NCBI GenBank assembly: GCA_040954595.2
Contig: CM082588.2
Span: 10,462,844-10,526,843, forward strand
DNA length: 64,000 nt
Source: Balanoglossus misakiensis
Lineage: Eukaryota; Animalia; Hemichordata
Direction of reading: 5' to 3'
Position numbers and translations under genes: made by a program. Of the stretch, positions 1-12,207 are shown piece by piece. The first letter of the stretch is position 1. Each line of letters starts with the position of its first letter. The notes under the pieces are model-generated. The model did no database searches and was not told where the DNA came from. It worked only from the letters and a program-made list of their open reading frames with translations.

Positions 1-987
1 CTACCCGTCGATCTACAGAGTCTAGTGGAAAAATTTCTTATGCGCATAGTCCTATCATGTGTTCTGCGCATCACAACAGAATTCGGTAAATAAACGAGGC
101 TGTTTGGAAGCAACCATTGAAATTTTACAACTATCCGTCGATCTACAGAGTATAGTGGAAAACTTTCTTATGCGTATAGGCCTATCATGTGTTCAGCGCC
201 TCACAACAGAAATCGGTAAATAAACGAGGCTGTTTAGAAGCACCCATGTAAATTTTAGAACTATCCATCGATCTACAGAGTCTAGTGGAAAACGTTCTTT
301 TGCGCATAGGCCTATCTATGTGTTCTGCGCATCACAAAATAATTTTGTAAACAAACGAGGCTGTTTGGAAGCAACCACGGAAATTTTTGAACTATCTCTC
401 GATCTACACAGTCTAGTGGAAAAATTTCTTATGAGCATGGGCCTATCATGTGTTCTGCGCCTCACAACAGAAATCGGTAAATAAACGAGGCTGTTTGGAA
501 GCAACCATGGAAATTTTAGAACTATCCGTCGATCTTCAGCGTCTAGTGGAAAACTTTCTTATGCGCATAGGCCTATCTATGTGTTCAGCGCCTCACAACA
601 GAAATCGGTAAATAAACGAGGCTGTTTGGAAACAACCATGGAAATTTTAGAACTATCCGTCGATCTAAAAGGTCTAGTGGAAAACGTTCTTATGCGCATA
701 GGCCTATCTATGTGTTCTGCGCATCACAACAGATTTTTGTAAACAAACGAGGCTGTGTTTTGAGGCAACCATGGATATTTTAGAACTATCTCTCGATCTA
801 CAGAGTCTAGTGGAAAACTTTCTTATGCACATAGGCCTATCTATGTGTTATGTGCCTCACAACAGAATTCGGTAAACAAACGAGGTTGTTTGGAAGCAAC
901 CATGGGCATTTTGGAACTATCCGTCGATCCACAGAGTCTAGTGGAAAACGTTCTTATGCGCATAGGCCTATCTATGTGTTCTGCGCA
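1..987. repeat. ~130-bp tandem satellite, ~7.5 copies (open at window start)
   Basis: The unit ctatccgtcgatctacagagtctagtggaaaa... recurs at about 1, 131, 261, 392, 522, 653, 786 and 917. Confidence 0.95.
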
Positions 988-1199
988 TTTTACTTTTGCC
1001 ACTCCACTCAAAGTAAGCATCGGTGTGGTGGTGTGGCAAGTAGTCTGCCCTTGTACACTAGACAAACCAGGCAATAAATGAAATGTAGCGAAGAATGGAG
1101 GGGTGGGTGTGGGATGGGGTGTCCCCCTCCCATATTAGAAAATCTTGTAAAATTAAGGGCGCGAAACTGCAATTTTGTGGACTCAAAGCAAAAGTTTTG

Positions 1200-1337
1200 C
1201 GGCAAAAGTATGTGACCCCCTAAACGTTTAAAAAAAAAAGATTACCCCCACTTTCGGACTTCAAAATTTAAGTGACCCCCCCCCCCCCCCCTGGATTTTG
1301 CCGCCCCACCCGGCCGTAAAAACTGAATGGTCCCTTA
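1200..1337. mobile_element. Remnant end of a PIF/Harbinger-like MITE
   Basis: Poly-C run followed by ...ggccgtaaaaactgaatggtccct|ta (reverse complement TAAGGGACCATTCAG). Only one end is seen. Confidence 0.35.
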
Positions 1338-2612
1338 CCCATATACGCGACTTCCATTAATAAATTTGAAGAATAAGAGATCCTCTCCGTAAATAGGCCT
1401 TATTGGGGGTCAAAACTACCGAAAGAAGACCCTGCCCCAACTCCCCTTTAAACCAACTAATTCACACCGGGTTAGTTTTGTTTCTTTCATATTTGAATGA
1501 GAATTAAAATGCCGCAGGAAATTCTGCTGGCGTCCTTAGGATACGAGATCGGGAACTTTCAAAAGTTCCGCAGAATATACCCCAAGAGGGCGCTGTTGCT
1601 GACCTTCGACCCGTTTCCTTTGACCAGTTCTGTGTCTTCGTTGTAAACACATGTGTGACACGCAGGCTAGAGAATCTGCCAGTTTTTTCTGTCGTCAACT
1701 CCAATGTCGCCTTTTCTATGGACGTTAGTTGGCCAGTGTTTGTTACACATCCAGGACGGTGTCATATTTCTCTGAAAGAATAGCGGAAAACATGCAAAGC
1801 CAAGGAGCGAGCAAGTACCAGCTGTTTTCTGCAAGTCATGGGTTCAGGCCCCCACACTGTCCACCATCATTATTCCTATATACAGATTTGGCGGAGTGAG
1901 TATTGAAACATTACAGTATTTAGTGTGTTTTAAGATATCACTGATAGTTTTCACGACTTAATGTGTGGGTAGAATCACATTCATCGCGATAACGTTACTG
2001 TAGTCCCCTGATTCAGTCCGTAAACAAGGTAAGCTTGAGACATGGACGATCGACAATCAGTTTCCGCTGTTGATTTCGCCCTATCGCAACTTAGTAACTG
2101 GGGCCGAGTGATGCTCCATTATTTAAAGTTCATGACTATTGACACCAATTGCAAAATATCAATGTTAAGGCGTGCTTTCAGAGAATATTCAACCAGAAAA
2201 CCGACAACAATTGATGACCTCATGTGACCTTTACTGGTTGAATCAGGCGACCACTGCAGTGTGATTCCAACGTTTGTGGGAAGACCACAGGGAGCTCTTC
2301 CTCCTGCTTTGCAGTGTGTGTGTGTTTGTTTAATATAAAAATGTGTGACAAAAATATGTATGTTTACAAATATTGTCAAGATTGTTTGTTTGTTGAGAGG
2401 TTAAGGGGAGTAACCCTTTCTGTTCAATATACCCACAAAGGTGAACAAATTTGTAAACAAACATATTTTTCACAGAGTAGTTTTATTATATCCGCATTGC
2501 ATCCAGCATGATCGCAGAAAACATCACCAATAAACCAAAATTGGAGTTGATGGCTTGGCTTTATTTGGGACTATCATTGTTTGGTTATAGTCCATGGGCC
2601 AGAGACCGACAT

Positions 2613-4213
2613 GTAGTCATGCAGAATTAATTTTATGTGTTCTAAATAATTATTTTAGCTTATCTTTGTTGGAAATAATTTTGCCAACATCTCGAATTAT
2701 TTTTACGTGTAGACTCGAATTAATTTCAGGTGTAGTGTCGAATTAATATCACGTGTTTTGTCGAATTAATTTCACGTGTTGTGTCGAATTAATTTTACAT
2801 TGTGTCAAATTAATATTGCCCCCACAATCCTTTGCGCTTAAATCAAGATGGCGGCGGCTGAGCATGTCTTTCTCGCCGCATAAAGTTCGAAAAAGGGGCC
2901 GTTGTACAAGTTGTGAGACGTTTTGGGGGGAATTCAATGTTTTTAATTATTTTTTGTAGTCATGCAGAATTAATTTTATGTGTTCTAAATAATTATTTTA
3001 GCTTATCTTTGTTAGAAATAATTTTGCCAACATATCGAATTCTTTTTACGTGTAGACTTGAATTAATTACAGGTGTAGTGTCGAATTAATATCATCTTTT
3101 ACAAGATAGATAGGTGATGTGTTTTGCTCTGTGAAAGAAAATGGAGGGGGAGGGTGTTTAAAATTTTGGCAGTTCGGAAGGGGGATTTGTAAATATTTCG
3201 GGTTGTGTCGGGGGGAGGGGGGGGGCATGTGAAAATTAGCGGTAAAATTTTTTAATTCTCTCGCCCACCCCCCCCCCCCCCACCCTCCAATGGTGTTTGT
3301 GAATGCAGCCTACAGAGGAGGTGGAGACTTCGGGGTCTGCCCCTTTACTATCTATGCCCCACACCCTATCTTATCAGTTGTAAATCTAGAATGCAAGCTA
3401 TCATTAAATATGGTTATGTAGAGAGAGACTTTGTCTTTTTAATTTAAATTTATTTAAACAAAACTTGAGTTTACAAGGAAATTTTAAGGAATATTTTATT
3501 CGCCGTTTCCTGGGATCTGGGCCCTACAGCTATTTCTTAGTTCTGAAAATAACAAATTAACACAATTTTTGTATGTTCAGATGTCAAAATTTATTCAATC
3601 AAGGCGAATTGGCAACGCGGGGCAACAGCTTGCTCTGTGTACAGGTCTGTGTGTTCCCGCCATGACACGGCCTCCACGCCAAGAACACTGTACGCAGAGC
3701 TGGGCTATACCATAGCAAGGCTGGCGATTACACCAACTGGTAGTGGTTTTGAGTGGTTTGACTAGAAAATTCTGTCTGTAGACCAAAACTCGTGGACCGA
3801 TCGCCGTTTTCGAGCACACTGCATTTATATTGGACAGCAAATCGCCCCAAAACGTTTCACAACTTGTACAACGGCCCCTTTTTTAACTTTATGCGGCGAG
3901 AAAGACATGCTCAGCCGCCGCCATCTTGATTTACGCGCAAAGGATTGTAAGGGCAATATTATTTGACAACGTGAAATTAATTCGACACAACACGTGAAAT
4001 TAATTCGAGTCTACACATAAAAATAATTCGAGATGTTGGCAGAATTATTTCTAACAAAGATAAGCTAAAATAATTATTTAGAACACATAAAATTAATTCT
4101 GCATGACTACAAAAAAATAATTAAAGCACATAAAAAATAATTCTATATACTGGTAAAATTAATTCTAACATGTTTTATTAATAAACTACAATTTTGACCA
4201 GAACGGGCCCTCA
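2613..4213. mobile_element. Foldback/long-inverted-repeat non-autonomous DNA element, rearranged
   Basis: About 2613-2930 is the reverse complement of about 3845-4110. Also, 2613-2750 is directly duplicated at about 2956-3090. The left terminus is not identifiable. Confidence 0.75.
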
Positions 4214-4392
4214 TAGATACCGGTAGTACATGTAACTTTGGGTGTTTTTCTCAATGTTTATAATGTGTTTTGATTGCCTGTTCTACTTGTTTCTGAACAT
4301 AGTTAAAGCTTCATTAGCTGTAACTTTTCACTTTGTTTTCAGTATTTTTGTTTTAAGTATTTACTGCAGTGTCTTCTTCAGATCCCTGAATC

Positions 4393-4406
4393 ATGATGAA
4401 ATATAG
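4393..4406 (+). CDS. Possible start exon (MMKY-R, phase 2)
   Basis: atcATGATGAAATATAG|gtgtgt. Phase 2 matches exon 8368. There is an upstream ctgcag acceptor near 4369. No homology support. Confidence 0.3.
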
Positions 4407-5326
4407 GTGTGTCTGTTCAGTATTGTTATTGTGAATTTGAATTCAAGTCTGGACTAGAATTCATTTCAATAGCCGTTACACACATACAGGTTATGCTGAC
4501 AAGTGGAGTTCTGTGTAGAGCATGTGTAACAGTTAATGTCCCTTTAAATATCACATACATACATCTGTCTAGTTTTGTACATGCAACTCACACGTATGTT
4601 ATATTTATTGATTGACTGTCAAATATCATCCTGTTGTTTGATTAAATGTAAATGTTGTATGTTGTAGAATAGAAAGCACAATTCTTCTAGTTCCATAGAT
4701 ATCAGTGCTCATTTTAAAGCTGAAAGTGACATTTTCAACACTAAATGCAAGGAAATGTAACTAAATATTTTAATTTTGCAGTCAAAATGCAACACAGTCA
4801 GCTCCGAACTGCATTTAAAATCCAAACACATGGTGTTATATTCTTGGTAATAAGCAAAGATCTGTATCCTATCCACAAAGTATATATCATACACACAGTA
4901 TTATCTTAATAACTATAATACAGCTATGAAATTGCTAGAAACATTGTAATATTTGGATGAATTTAAAGAAAAATAATTATATTTATATTAACAGTATGTA
5001 AAAGTTACGAAGATTTAGCGTTGAATGATGTTGTGATGTCTGTAAGAGCTGTTCCAATACAAGGTGAACGAATTTCAAAACCTTTTGTTCAATCAACCTT
5101 TCTACTGACCTGTGATTCCAAAAGTTATTGAAATATCATTACACATTTACCTGTATATAGTGCAGACTATAAATAGAGCACACTCTGGAAAGGAGTTATG
5201 TAATTAATATCTCTATCATGTGAGTGACATCATTTTAAGGGCCACTGACCACCCCACCTGTGACAATTTGCTAGGGGGTGCGAACATCTCAACAGGAGGT
5301 GAATCCCTCCATGCCATGTCTGGGTA

Positions 5327-5361
<35 letters not shown>

Positions 5362-5422
5362 CTTTCATTCATTCATTCAGTGAGTCAGTCAGTTAGTCAG
5401 TCAGTCAGTCCGTCAGTCAGTC
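5327..5422. repeat. Compound tetranucleotide microsatellite (attg)n(ttca)n(agtc)n
   Basis: Directly visible. Confidence 0.9.
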
Positions 5423-5681
5423 ATATTAATTAATTCATTAAGGCATATAAACGATATAGCTAGCCTATTGTGATAGGAATGGGCTAACACCCTTGTCATA
5501 TAAACTTTGGCGAAGCGATCCCAAGCTCAGCTAAGGTAGATGGGAGGGACCTGAATCACATGTGCCCATCATAATGAAAGCTGCCAACCCTCTTAGAATG
5601 ATACTACGGCCTATACGTTGATCACCTGATCGCATCGCCCTGTCACACTTGGCTATGGGCTACTGTTCATGTATGATAAAG

Positions 5682-8067
5682 GGGTTATTACACTAAGTTT
5701 GGTCGATAACGTGACGCATCCTCGTGATGTCCATAATATGGACATCCCTTACGAAAAAAGGGCCTGCTGCAAACTCCTCCCGCAAATCTGCAGCAGGATT
5801 CTGCGAACTCACTGCAAACTGCTGCTGCAAAGTGGCAAACAGTCCTGATTTTACCATGCAAATTAGGGGACTTGCAAATTTGTTGCAAACTTCCAGCAAC
5901 AAGATTTTGAATACTGCAGTGAGTTCACAGGAATTTGAATACTGCAGTGAGTTCACAGCAATCAAGATTGCCACCTTGAAAATTTGAACATTGCAGTGAG
6001 TTTGCAGCAAGACAATTAACTAGGGGTACCATTGAACCACCCACCCCCACCCCCCATAAAACCTCAGAGACAAGCAAACTATAATTAACAGTTTTTATTT
6101 AAAAAAAAATCTATTTTAATCACAGGGTTAAGAAATCTAAAAAATCAACATGGTAAAACTACACACTACAAAAATTGGTTTTCAAAAAATAAAAAAGCTA
6201 CACTACAAATATAAACACCACAACTTGCTCCTCTGCAAAAAATGTTTTTCCAATATAAAAAACTACACTACAAACAACTTGCTACTCTAATTTTTTTTCA
6301 ATATAAAAAAAACTACACTACAAACTTGCTACTCTACAATTTTTTTCCAATATAAAAAACTACACTACAAACTTCCTACTCTACTACACTCTGTTTTTAT
6401 TTAAGACAGCCCGTTTGCATGTGGCGCATTTCGCGTTGAATGCATGGATCAGCTCTTTTGTTGACATCTTCAGTTTGTTGACACCAAATACTGAAAAAGA
6501 GAAGAATAAACACATATCAGTTACACCATGCAGTAATAAGGAGAAGATTGCCAAGCATAATTGTTACATATGCAGTTGCCCAATACGAGTAATTTCCACC
6601 AACCGGAAGTCACACAATTCAACTAAAATTCAGGAAAAAAACTTAATATCATTCAGGTACAAAAACTGTTGACCTAACTGATAAATTTCATCGAGTGTAT
6701 TTGTAGTAGATGGTCAGAACAAATAAAATGAAATGTATAAGGATGAGATGCACCTTTATAATGATATTTATTTTGAATCCAGTGAATATGGGATAGCCAA
6801 TCAAAGAATTTCACTCCAGGGACATGCAAAAAATGTCATTATCATAGAATACAATCATTTCGACATTTTAAAGAAACCTTTTACTTACAAGTCAGTGCCG
6901 TTACAACATGCTGGTAGGGTGTTCCAATAAATGCGCTGGTATTCTTCCCGCTCAGTTGTTCGGGTTTTAAACAACCCATCCATCAGCTTTTTTATGACGT
7001 AAGATGGCGGCTTGTTCTTGCATCTACCTAAAGTTATGCTCAACCAGGCAGATGGAATCGCTACGTTGGAGTTGGAAAGCCGTTCATATTGCAGTGGCAG
7101 AGGCTCGCCCTCGTCTAGAATCACCTGATTGAAATTAAAAAGAGTACCAATAATTATTACATTGGTGTGAAAGTCATTTAGTACTCACAAAATTCAATCC
7201 CCACTTACTTACAAAGAGAAGGCTAAATGATTGCATTCAGAATAAACATGACCTATGTCAACAAATTCATTGAGAAAAAAAAATGTTTCCCTGTTAAAAG
7301 CAACAAATTTACATAATTAAACTGTGTATTAAAATGCAAGCATGGGATAACATGAGGTACTAAAGAGAAGGGGTGTATTATGCATGTATATACTGACGTG
7401 GACTGGGGGGATGCAGAAGTGTGAGCGATGGCGTGCTTACATGAAGAACTGACACTTACATAGTTTGCCCTGGGAATGATTTACCCTCGTTTGGGCGTGT
7501 AATGACTATCCTCAGAGAAGCCTTTTGATGCACAGGTGTGTACACAGCACTGGCGTGTTTTCTCAGCTTCTGCAAAATAATAGTAACAAATTGAGTCGCA
7601 CAAATGCACCCACTATTTCTTGCTATTTCATATTTCATTCAAATGTCTGCAACAACATATACTGTGCACATAACAGCCCCCCCCCCCCCCCCATGCACTG
7701 TTCCAATTACAAGACCTACCCCAATTCTTACTGGCACCATGGACTTATACCACTTATACAATGATGCAACAGGCTTATCTTTTTATAGACACCTGACATT
7801 AGAAAGACCTTGTATGTATACCACTCTATTCTGACAAAAATGCAAGTTAATCAACATCACATATAAAATAATATAATATGAATAGAATAAAACCGATTCA
7901 CAAAATATCAAATAGCTACTTGTTAGGCATTTGATTTTAAGTTGGATGGTGTTTGTGTATTGCAGAGGGATGTTTGTGTGCAGTAATCACGCTGTACATA
8001 CCATGCAAGTTTGGCATACTATCACTCAAATATGACGCGTTATCGACCAAACTTAGTGTAATAACCC
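5682..8067. mobile_element. 2.4-kb TIR DNA transposon derivative (Harbinger- or Kolobok-like ends)
   Basis: Perfect 30-bp inverted repeat gggttattacactaagtttggtcgataacg at 5682-5711 and 8038-8067. Flanks are taaag| and |ttaa, so the TSD is ambiguous (TAA or TTAA). Confidence 0.85.
6384..7569 (-). pseudogene. Spliced BEN-domain-like gene remnant inside the TIR element
   Basis: Minus-strand exons 7569-7460, 7124-6889 and 6490-6384 have cag/gtaagt boundaries. Removing one A near 6966 gives KKLMDGLFKPEQLSGKNTSAFIG...VVTALTLFGVNKLKMSTKELIHAFNAKCATCKR, a BEN-like pattern, and makes the phases agree. One TAA lies in the upstream exon. Confidence 0.6.
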
Positions 8068-8118
8068 TTAAGTAACACCCTCTTATTTTAAAGAAAACTC
8101 ATTATTGAAGCCCATTAA

Positions 8119-8203
8119 CCCTTTCACAACCAAGGTTCAGTCTAAACCCATTGTTATCTATGAAAAGGTTCGACCTGTATAGAAGGAACTGGGGGTGAAA
8201 GGG
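8119..8203. mobile_element. Tiny piggyBac-like MITE
   Basis: ttaa|ccctttcac ... gtgaaaggg|ttaa. Partial relatives occur near 29193 and 36595. Confidence 0.8.
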
Positions 8204-8367
8204 TTAAAGGGACAAAGTCTCAGTTTTGTCCTTTGACTCACTGGCTTTTATTAGAGGTTCCTACCTTTAAATGTTTCATAAAATGTTTAATCAAATCTGT
8301 CTACAATCAGAGTAGACATTGTTTACATACACCTTTTGTTAAATAATTGTACTGTGTTGTATTTCAG

Positions 8368-8466
8368 ATTTTTGTCAGGAGCAGGTGAGAAATACGGTAT
8401 GATTTCTGAAGGTCTGAGTACTGCATTGCAGTTATTTGACGATATGAAGACTTTGCGATTTTCAAG
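8368..8466 (+). CDS. MED25: MED25 VWA-domain exon
   Basis: 99-nt phase 2-2 exon encoding [30 protein letters not shown], which matches the recalled MED25 segment [30 protein letters not shown]. Confidence 0.9.
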
Positions 8467-8614
8467 GTAATTATGGTAAAATTGTGAGGTTAAAAACCAT
8501 TCTCTAATTATGGGCCCCACTTTTTGAGGTGGTTTATCTGTTTATGTAAAGCTCACCATGTCAACCAGGAAATGATTCGATACCGACAGTGGAGTACAAC
8601 TGATGTGCGAAGTA

Positions 8615-9140
8615 CATTGAAACCTGCCAAGTAAGGGCACCTCTGGGATCACACAACATGTCCTTTAAGGGATACAGGCTCTCTCTCTCGCCCGCTGCCC
8701 CTTATTCCATTAATTATATTTGATACAAGACACCATTTATGTTTTTTCTACATGTGGATATATGGTGAATCAATATTCAACCACACACAAAGTCCATCCT
8801 GCTTGTGGACATGAGAGTGAAAAAAATCGCCAAAATGAATAATCAGTCTCTACCATTTATTCGTTTTGGGTGAGTTTTTACTCCCATATCATACACGCGG
8901 GATGGAAGTTGTGTATGGTTGAATGTTCATTCACTACATATACACATGTACATTAACATAAACAGTGTCTTGTATCAAACATTATTAATGGAAAAAAGGG
9001 CAGCGAGAGAGAGACTTTGTCCCTTTAAAAGAGAGGTGTCCTTAAAAGAAATGTGCATGTAATATTCTATTCAAGCCATTACTTTTGTCTTGAACAATCT
9101 GTCCTGATTAGAGAGATGTCTGTATTGACAGGTTTCACTG
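8615..9140. mobile_element. Tc1/pogo-like MITE with a nested TTAA-flanked (Kolobok-like) foldback MITE at ~8669-9024
   Basis: Outer element: ta|cattgaaacctg ... caggtttcactg|ta. The inner element is an imperfect palindrome between TTAA sites. Confidence 0.7.
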
Positions 9141-10162
9141 TATTATCAACATTTTCAGTTTCATAATCCTTCTGTGTTTGCCAGAGAATTTTGACAGCAG
9201 TCAAAAGCTTTCTCTGCCATACCCATAATAAAAGAAAGCTTGCACCTGTGTTTTACTGTTTTCAAAGGGGAAATCCGGTCCAGCTGATTTTCTACATAAT
9301 TTGGTAGCTTTGAGGTCACTCTTTCAGAAAAAAAAACATATTCGTCAAGTATAAGTCGTCAGGTATTTTACAAAATCGAGGGAAAGTTGGCAGAATTTAT
9401 AATATGGCCTTAACTGTAATTTGAATCATGGGAAAAAAAGCGCCAGGACCAACTTCCATCCACCTTGGTGTGGGTGATACCATTTTCCAATGGGTGTAAC
9501 TGCGTGACGGCTTGGGTATCTGTTGCTGAGCAAATATTTGAAATCATACAATCCAGATTCTAAAGTTCACAGGACAAATATACAACATGTTTACATGGCC
9601 ATTTACAACCAATTCATCCTATTGTGGTGATGTACAAAACCTTTTTTGTGGTTTGTTAAAGTTTTCATTACTCTAAATGGGTACTTCCATAAAATGGTAG
9701 TAATATATTTATTAATATTTATTACACATCACATATTATTATTCGCTCTGGCTTTTTTGTCAAATTTTCAAATAAAAAAGGCAGTTATAACTTTGATGGG
9801 ACCAAGAAAAGATTTTGCCATAGGATATCAAAAGGACACTTTCATTGTTTTTATGAACTGTTGTTTTTCTGTTCTATAAAAGATGCAAATTGTTCTACTC
9901 CATTTTTGGGTCAAAAAATATTTTCATCAGATTGGTTTGAGGGTTAGATGTTGTAGCTAATAGTGTAAAGGCCATGATTGTTTTTGTTCACAAATATATT
10001 CAATTACAATGTATCATTATTATGCAGTTTTACCAATGTTGAGAGGCTTTCCTTGTCAACTGGCCTGTGTGTATGCATCAAATCATTCATGTAAAAGGTC
10101 AAAGCAGAAAGTATTTCTAACAATGATTAGACTAAAGCAGGAGACTTTTGAGGAGAGTTTGA

Positions 10163-10300
10163 GGAGACATCATGGCCTTGTGGTGAGGGCACAGGGTTGT
10201 GGGTTCAAGAACCAGACCTGGACATGGCCGTGGGTTTTGAGGATGGTGACTTCATGACCGCGATATTGTGCCCTTGAGCGCAGCACTTTACCTCTCATTG
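10163..10300 (+). mobile_element. Degenerate tRNA-derived SINE
   Basis: A-box-like tggccttgtggtgagg, B-box-like gggttcaagaacc, and CORE-like ttgtgcccttgagcgcagcactttacctc. Confidence 0.5.
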
Positions 10301-10397
10301 TTTTGGAGGAACTGGCTTTGTATACTAGTGATCTGCACCTGTTCCAGTCATTCTATCCTAGGTAGACATATTTTCTTTGTTTGCAATAGATGAATTA

Positions 10398-10587
10398 CTG
10401 TCAAACAGGAAATTATTGTGAACTTCGCGAGAACCAAAAAATGCAAATTAAAAGTCACGTAAAAATGTTTTTCAGAGATATTGGTGCAGTTAGTGAAATA
10501 TAAGAAAGCAAAATTTAAGTGTAGCATAACAGTTGTCTCTATTGATATTGCAAACATTTCCTGTCACAGAAATTTCCCGTTTTACAG
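10398..10587. mobile_element. TA-flanked MITE (ctgtaaa-type ends)
   Basis: ta|ctgtcaaacaggaaatt ... aatttcccgttttacag|ta. A related copy lies at about 35058-35263. Confidence 0.65.
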
Positions 10588-10622
10588 TATATAAATAAAT
10601 CAACTAAATATTTTTACTACAG

Positions 10623-10884
10623 GTGCCGCACCAACAAGTCATCTGTCACTTGGACAACCAAGTCAAATTGGAAGTCAGTCTCCACAACAACTGTCATCCT
10701 CTCAACAGTAATTGACTCAACCAAGTCAGCCCCAGATGCAGGGCCAAGGTCAAAGGTCATCAATGCCTTTTGGTCAGCCTACCAGTTTACCCAACCAACC
10801 AGTATCCGCTGTCACAGCAAACAGGACACAACAACCAAATGTGACTGTTTCATTTATCCCATTGAGACAATTTTCATCACCCAG
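10623..10884 (+). CDS. Q/P/S-rich exon (MED25 linker-like), dual reading frame
   Basis: cag|g...cag|gtacag. The Q/P-rich frame has TAA at 10709. The alternative frame (phase 2 to phase 0) is stop-free for 87 codons. Confidence 0.7.
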
Positions 10885-11310
10885 GTACAGTTGTGGTCTA
10901 CCTTCTACTTTATTATATAATAAAATAGCCGTTTCTAGTTACCCATCCTGTGAATTGAAAGCTTTTTATGACTGTTTCACATAGCCTTGTCTAACCATTA
11001 TCTTTACATTTGACTATTGTTTCAAAACAAATTCAAAACTTCTGTTTTGGTTGCTAGAAACCCACTCTGTAAATGCTAAGACTTTTTTGGATAATGCCAC
11101 AGACTCAGTAATCAAATTCAATTTTTAATGTGATTAATGTTGATAAGCCCTAAAACTCAATCCCATCCAAATGTGTGTTGAAAATAGGACTTTGAGAGTT
11201 GCAAGCTCAACATCGAATCAAAAATTGCAGTCATGAATTAAAAATGGGGTTTTGAATACTGGCCTTGATAATGCTCCATATTAACTAGGTTTGTTAATCT
11301 TTTTGGACAG

Positions 11311-11494
11311 GCAACTTCACCTCCAAAGATGACTTCCCAGCAGGCACCAGCTGCTGCACTGAAAGCCACAGAGGGTGTCATGCAAATGGCAAATGCTAGT
11401 CAGTTCAGTAAGATGCCACCAATTGCTGCTGTGAATTCTATCAACTCACAGCCACAGGAGAGATGGCCAGGTACAGATTCACAGCCACAAAGAG
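11311..11494 (+). CDS. MED25 SD1-like exon
   Basis: gacag|gca ... agag|gtaggt, phase 0 to 1. Encodes ATSPPKMTSQQAPAAALKATEGVMQMANASQ... The SD1 assignment is weak. Confidence 0.65.
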
Positions 11495-11501
11495 GTAGGT
11501 A

Positions 11502-11834
11502 CAGTCAAACCTGTCTATACTGGCCAGACAGGGGACTTTCCTAACTGGCCTTTATAGAAAGGTGGCCTCTACAGTCAGGTCATTTAATGTGCAATGTGTA
11601 ATATATTGCTATATTATTGTGGGCTTATACCAGAGTGATTAGACGACACAGGACATGTGTGTACAAACTAGACAGCCATGCTGTTTTTTTATTGCCAACT
11701 GCACATGCTCACTCGTTCAGCCTCGTACACTGCAAATTTATACATAACAGTAAATACCAATACCTAACACAATGTATATGGACTGTAACAGAGTAGCCAC
11801 TATATAGAGGTGGCACCTAACACGGGTTTGACTG
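11502..11834. mobile_element. pogo/Tigger-like MITE
   Basis: ta|cagtcaaacctgt ... acgggtttgactg|ta. Confidence 0.8.
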
Positions 11835-12084
11835 TAACATCTGTTATGTTGCCATGGCAGTCATTTACTGTTAATTTGATTATACAGAGGAAAAAATATT
11901 CCAGTTCCCTTTCTTATATCCTCATATCAGTGGCAGAGTACGCCAGTGTCACTGTAAAATTTTGTCGACATTTTTGCTAAGTTAGCTGTAGTAGCTGTTG
12001 GCTATTTTTTCTGTATTTTTAATCCAAGGAATTAAAGTGAATTCAATGCTTGTAAATAATTTCTAATTTCTTCTTACCCTCCAG

Positions 12085-12207
12085 ATATGAATGAATGTCA
12101 CAGTGGTGGATATGCATGTCAACACTATTGTCAGAATACCCATGGTAGTTATCTCTGCACTTGCAGACCAGGATTCTATCTGCTGGAGGATGGCCATGCA
12201 TGTGCCG
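12085..12207 (+). CDS. cbEGF exon 1 (intact)
   Basis: Phase 1-1, 123 nt. DMNECHSGGYACQHYCQNTHGSYLCTCRPGFYLLEDGHACA has 6 Cys and the D-x-N-E calcium consensus. Confidence 0.92.

Noticed and set aside
316-1081. ORFs in the first kilobase
   Set aside because: They lie within the 130-bp tandem repeat.
5688-6010. Three overlapping ORFs as a small gene
   Set aside because: The region is built from repeated (c/t)tgcaa/ctgcag motifs typical of a MITE interior, with no protein motif.
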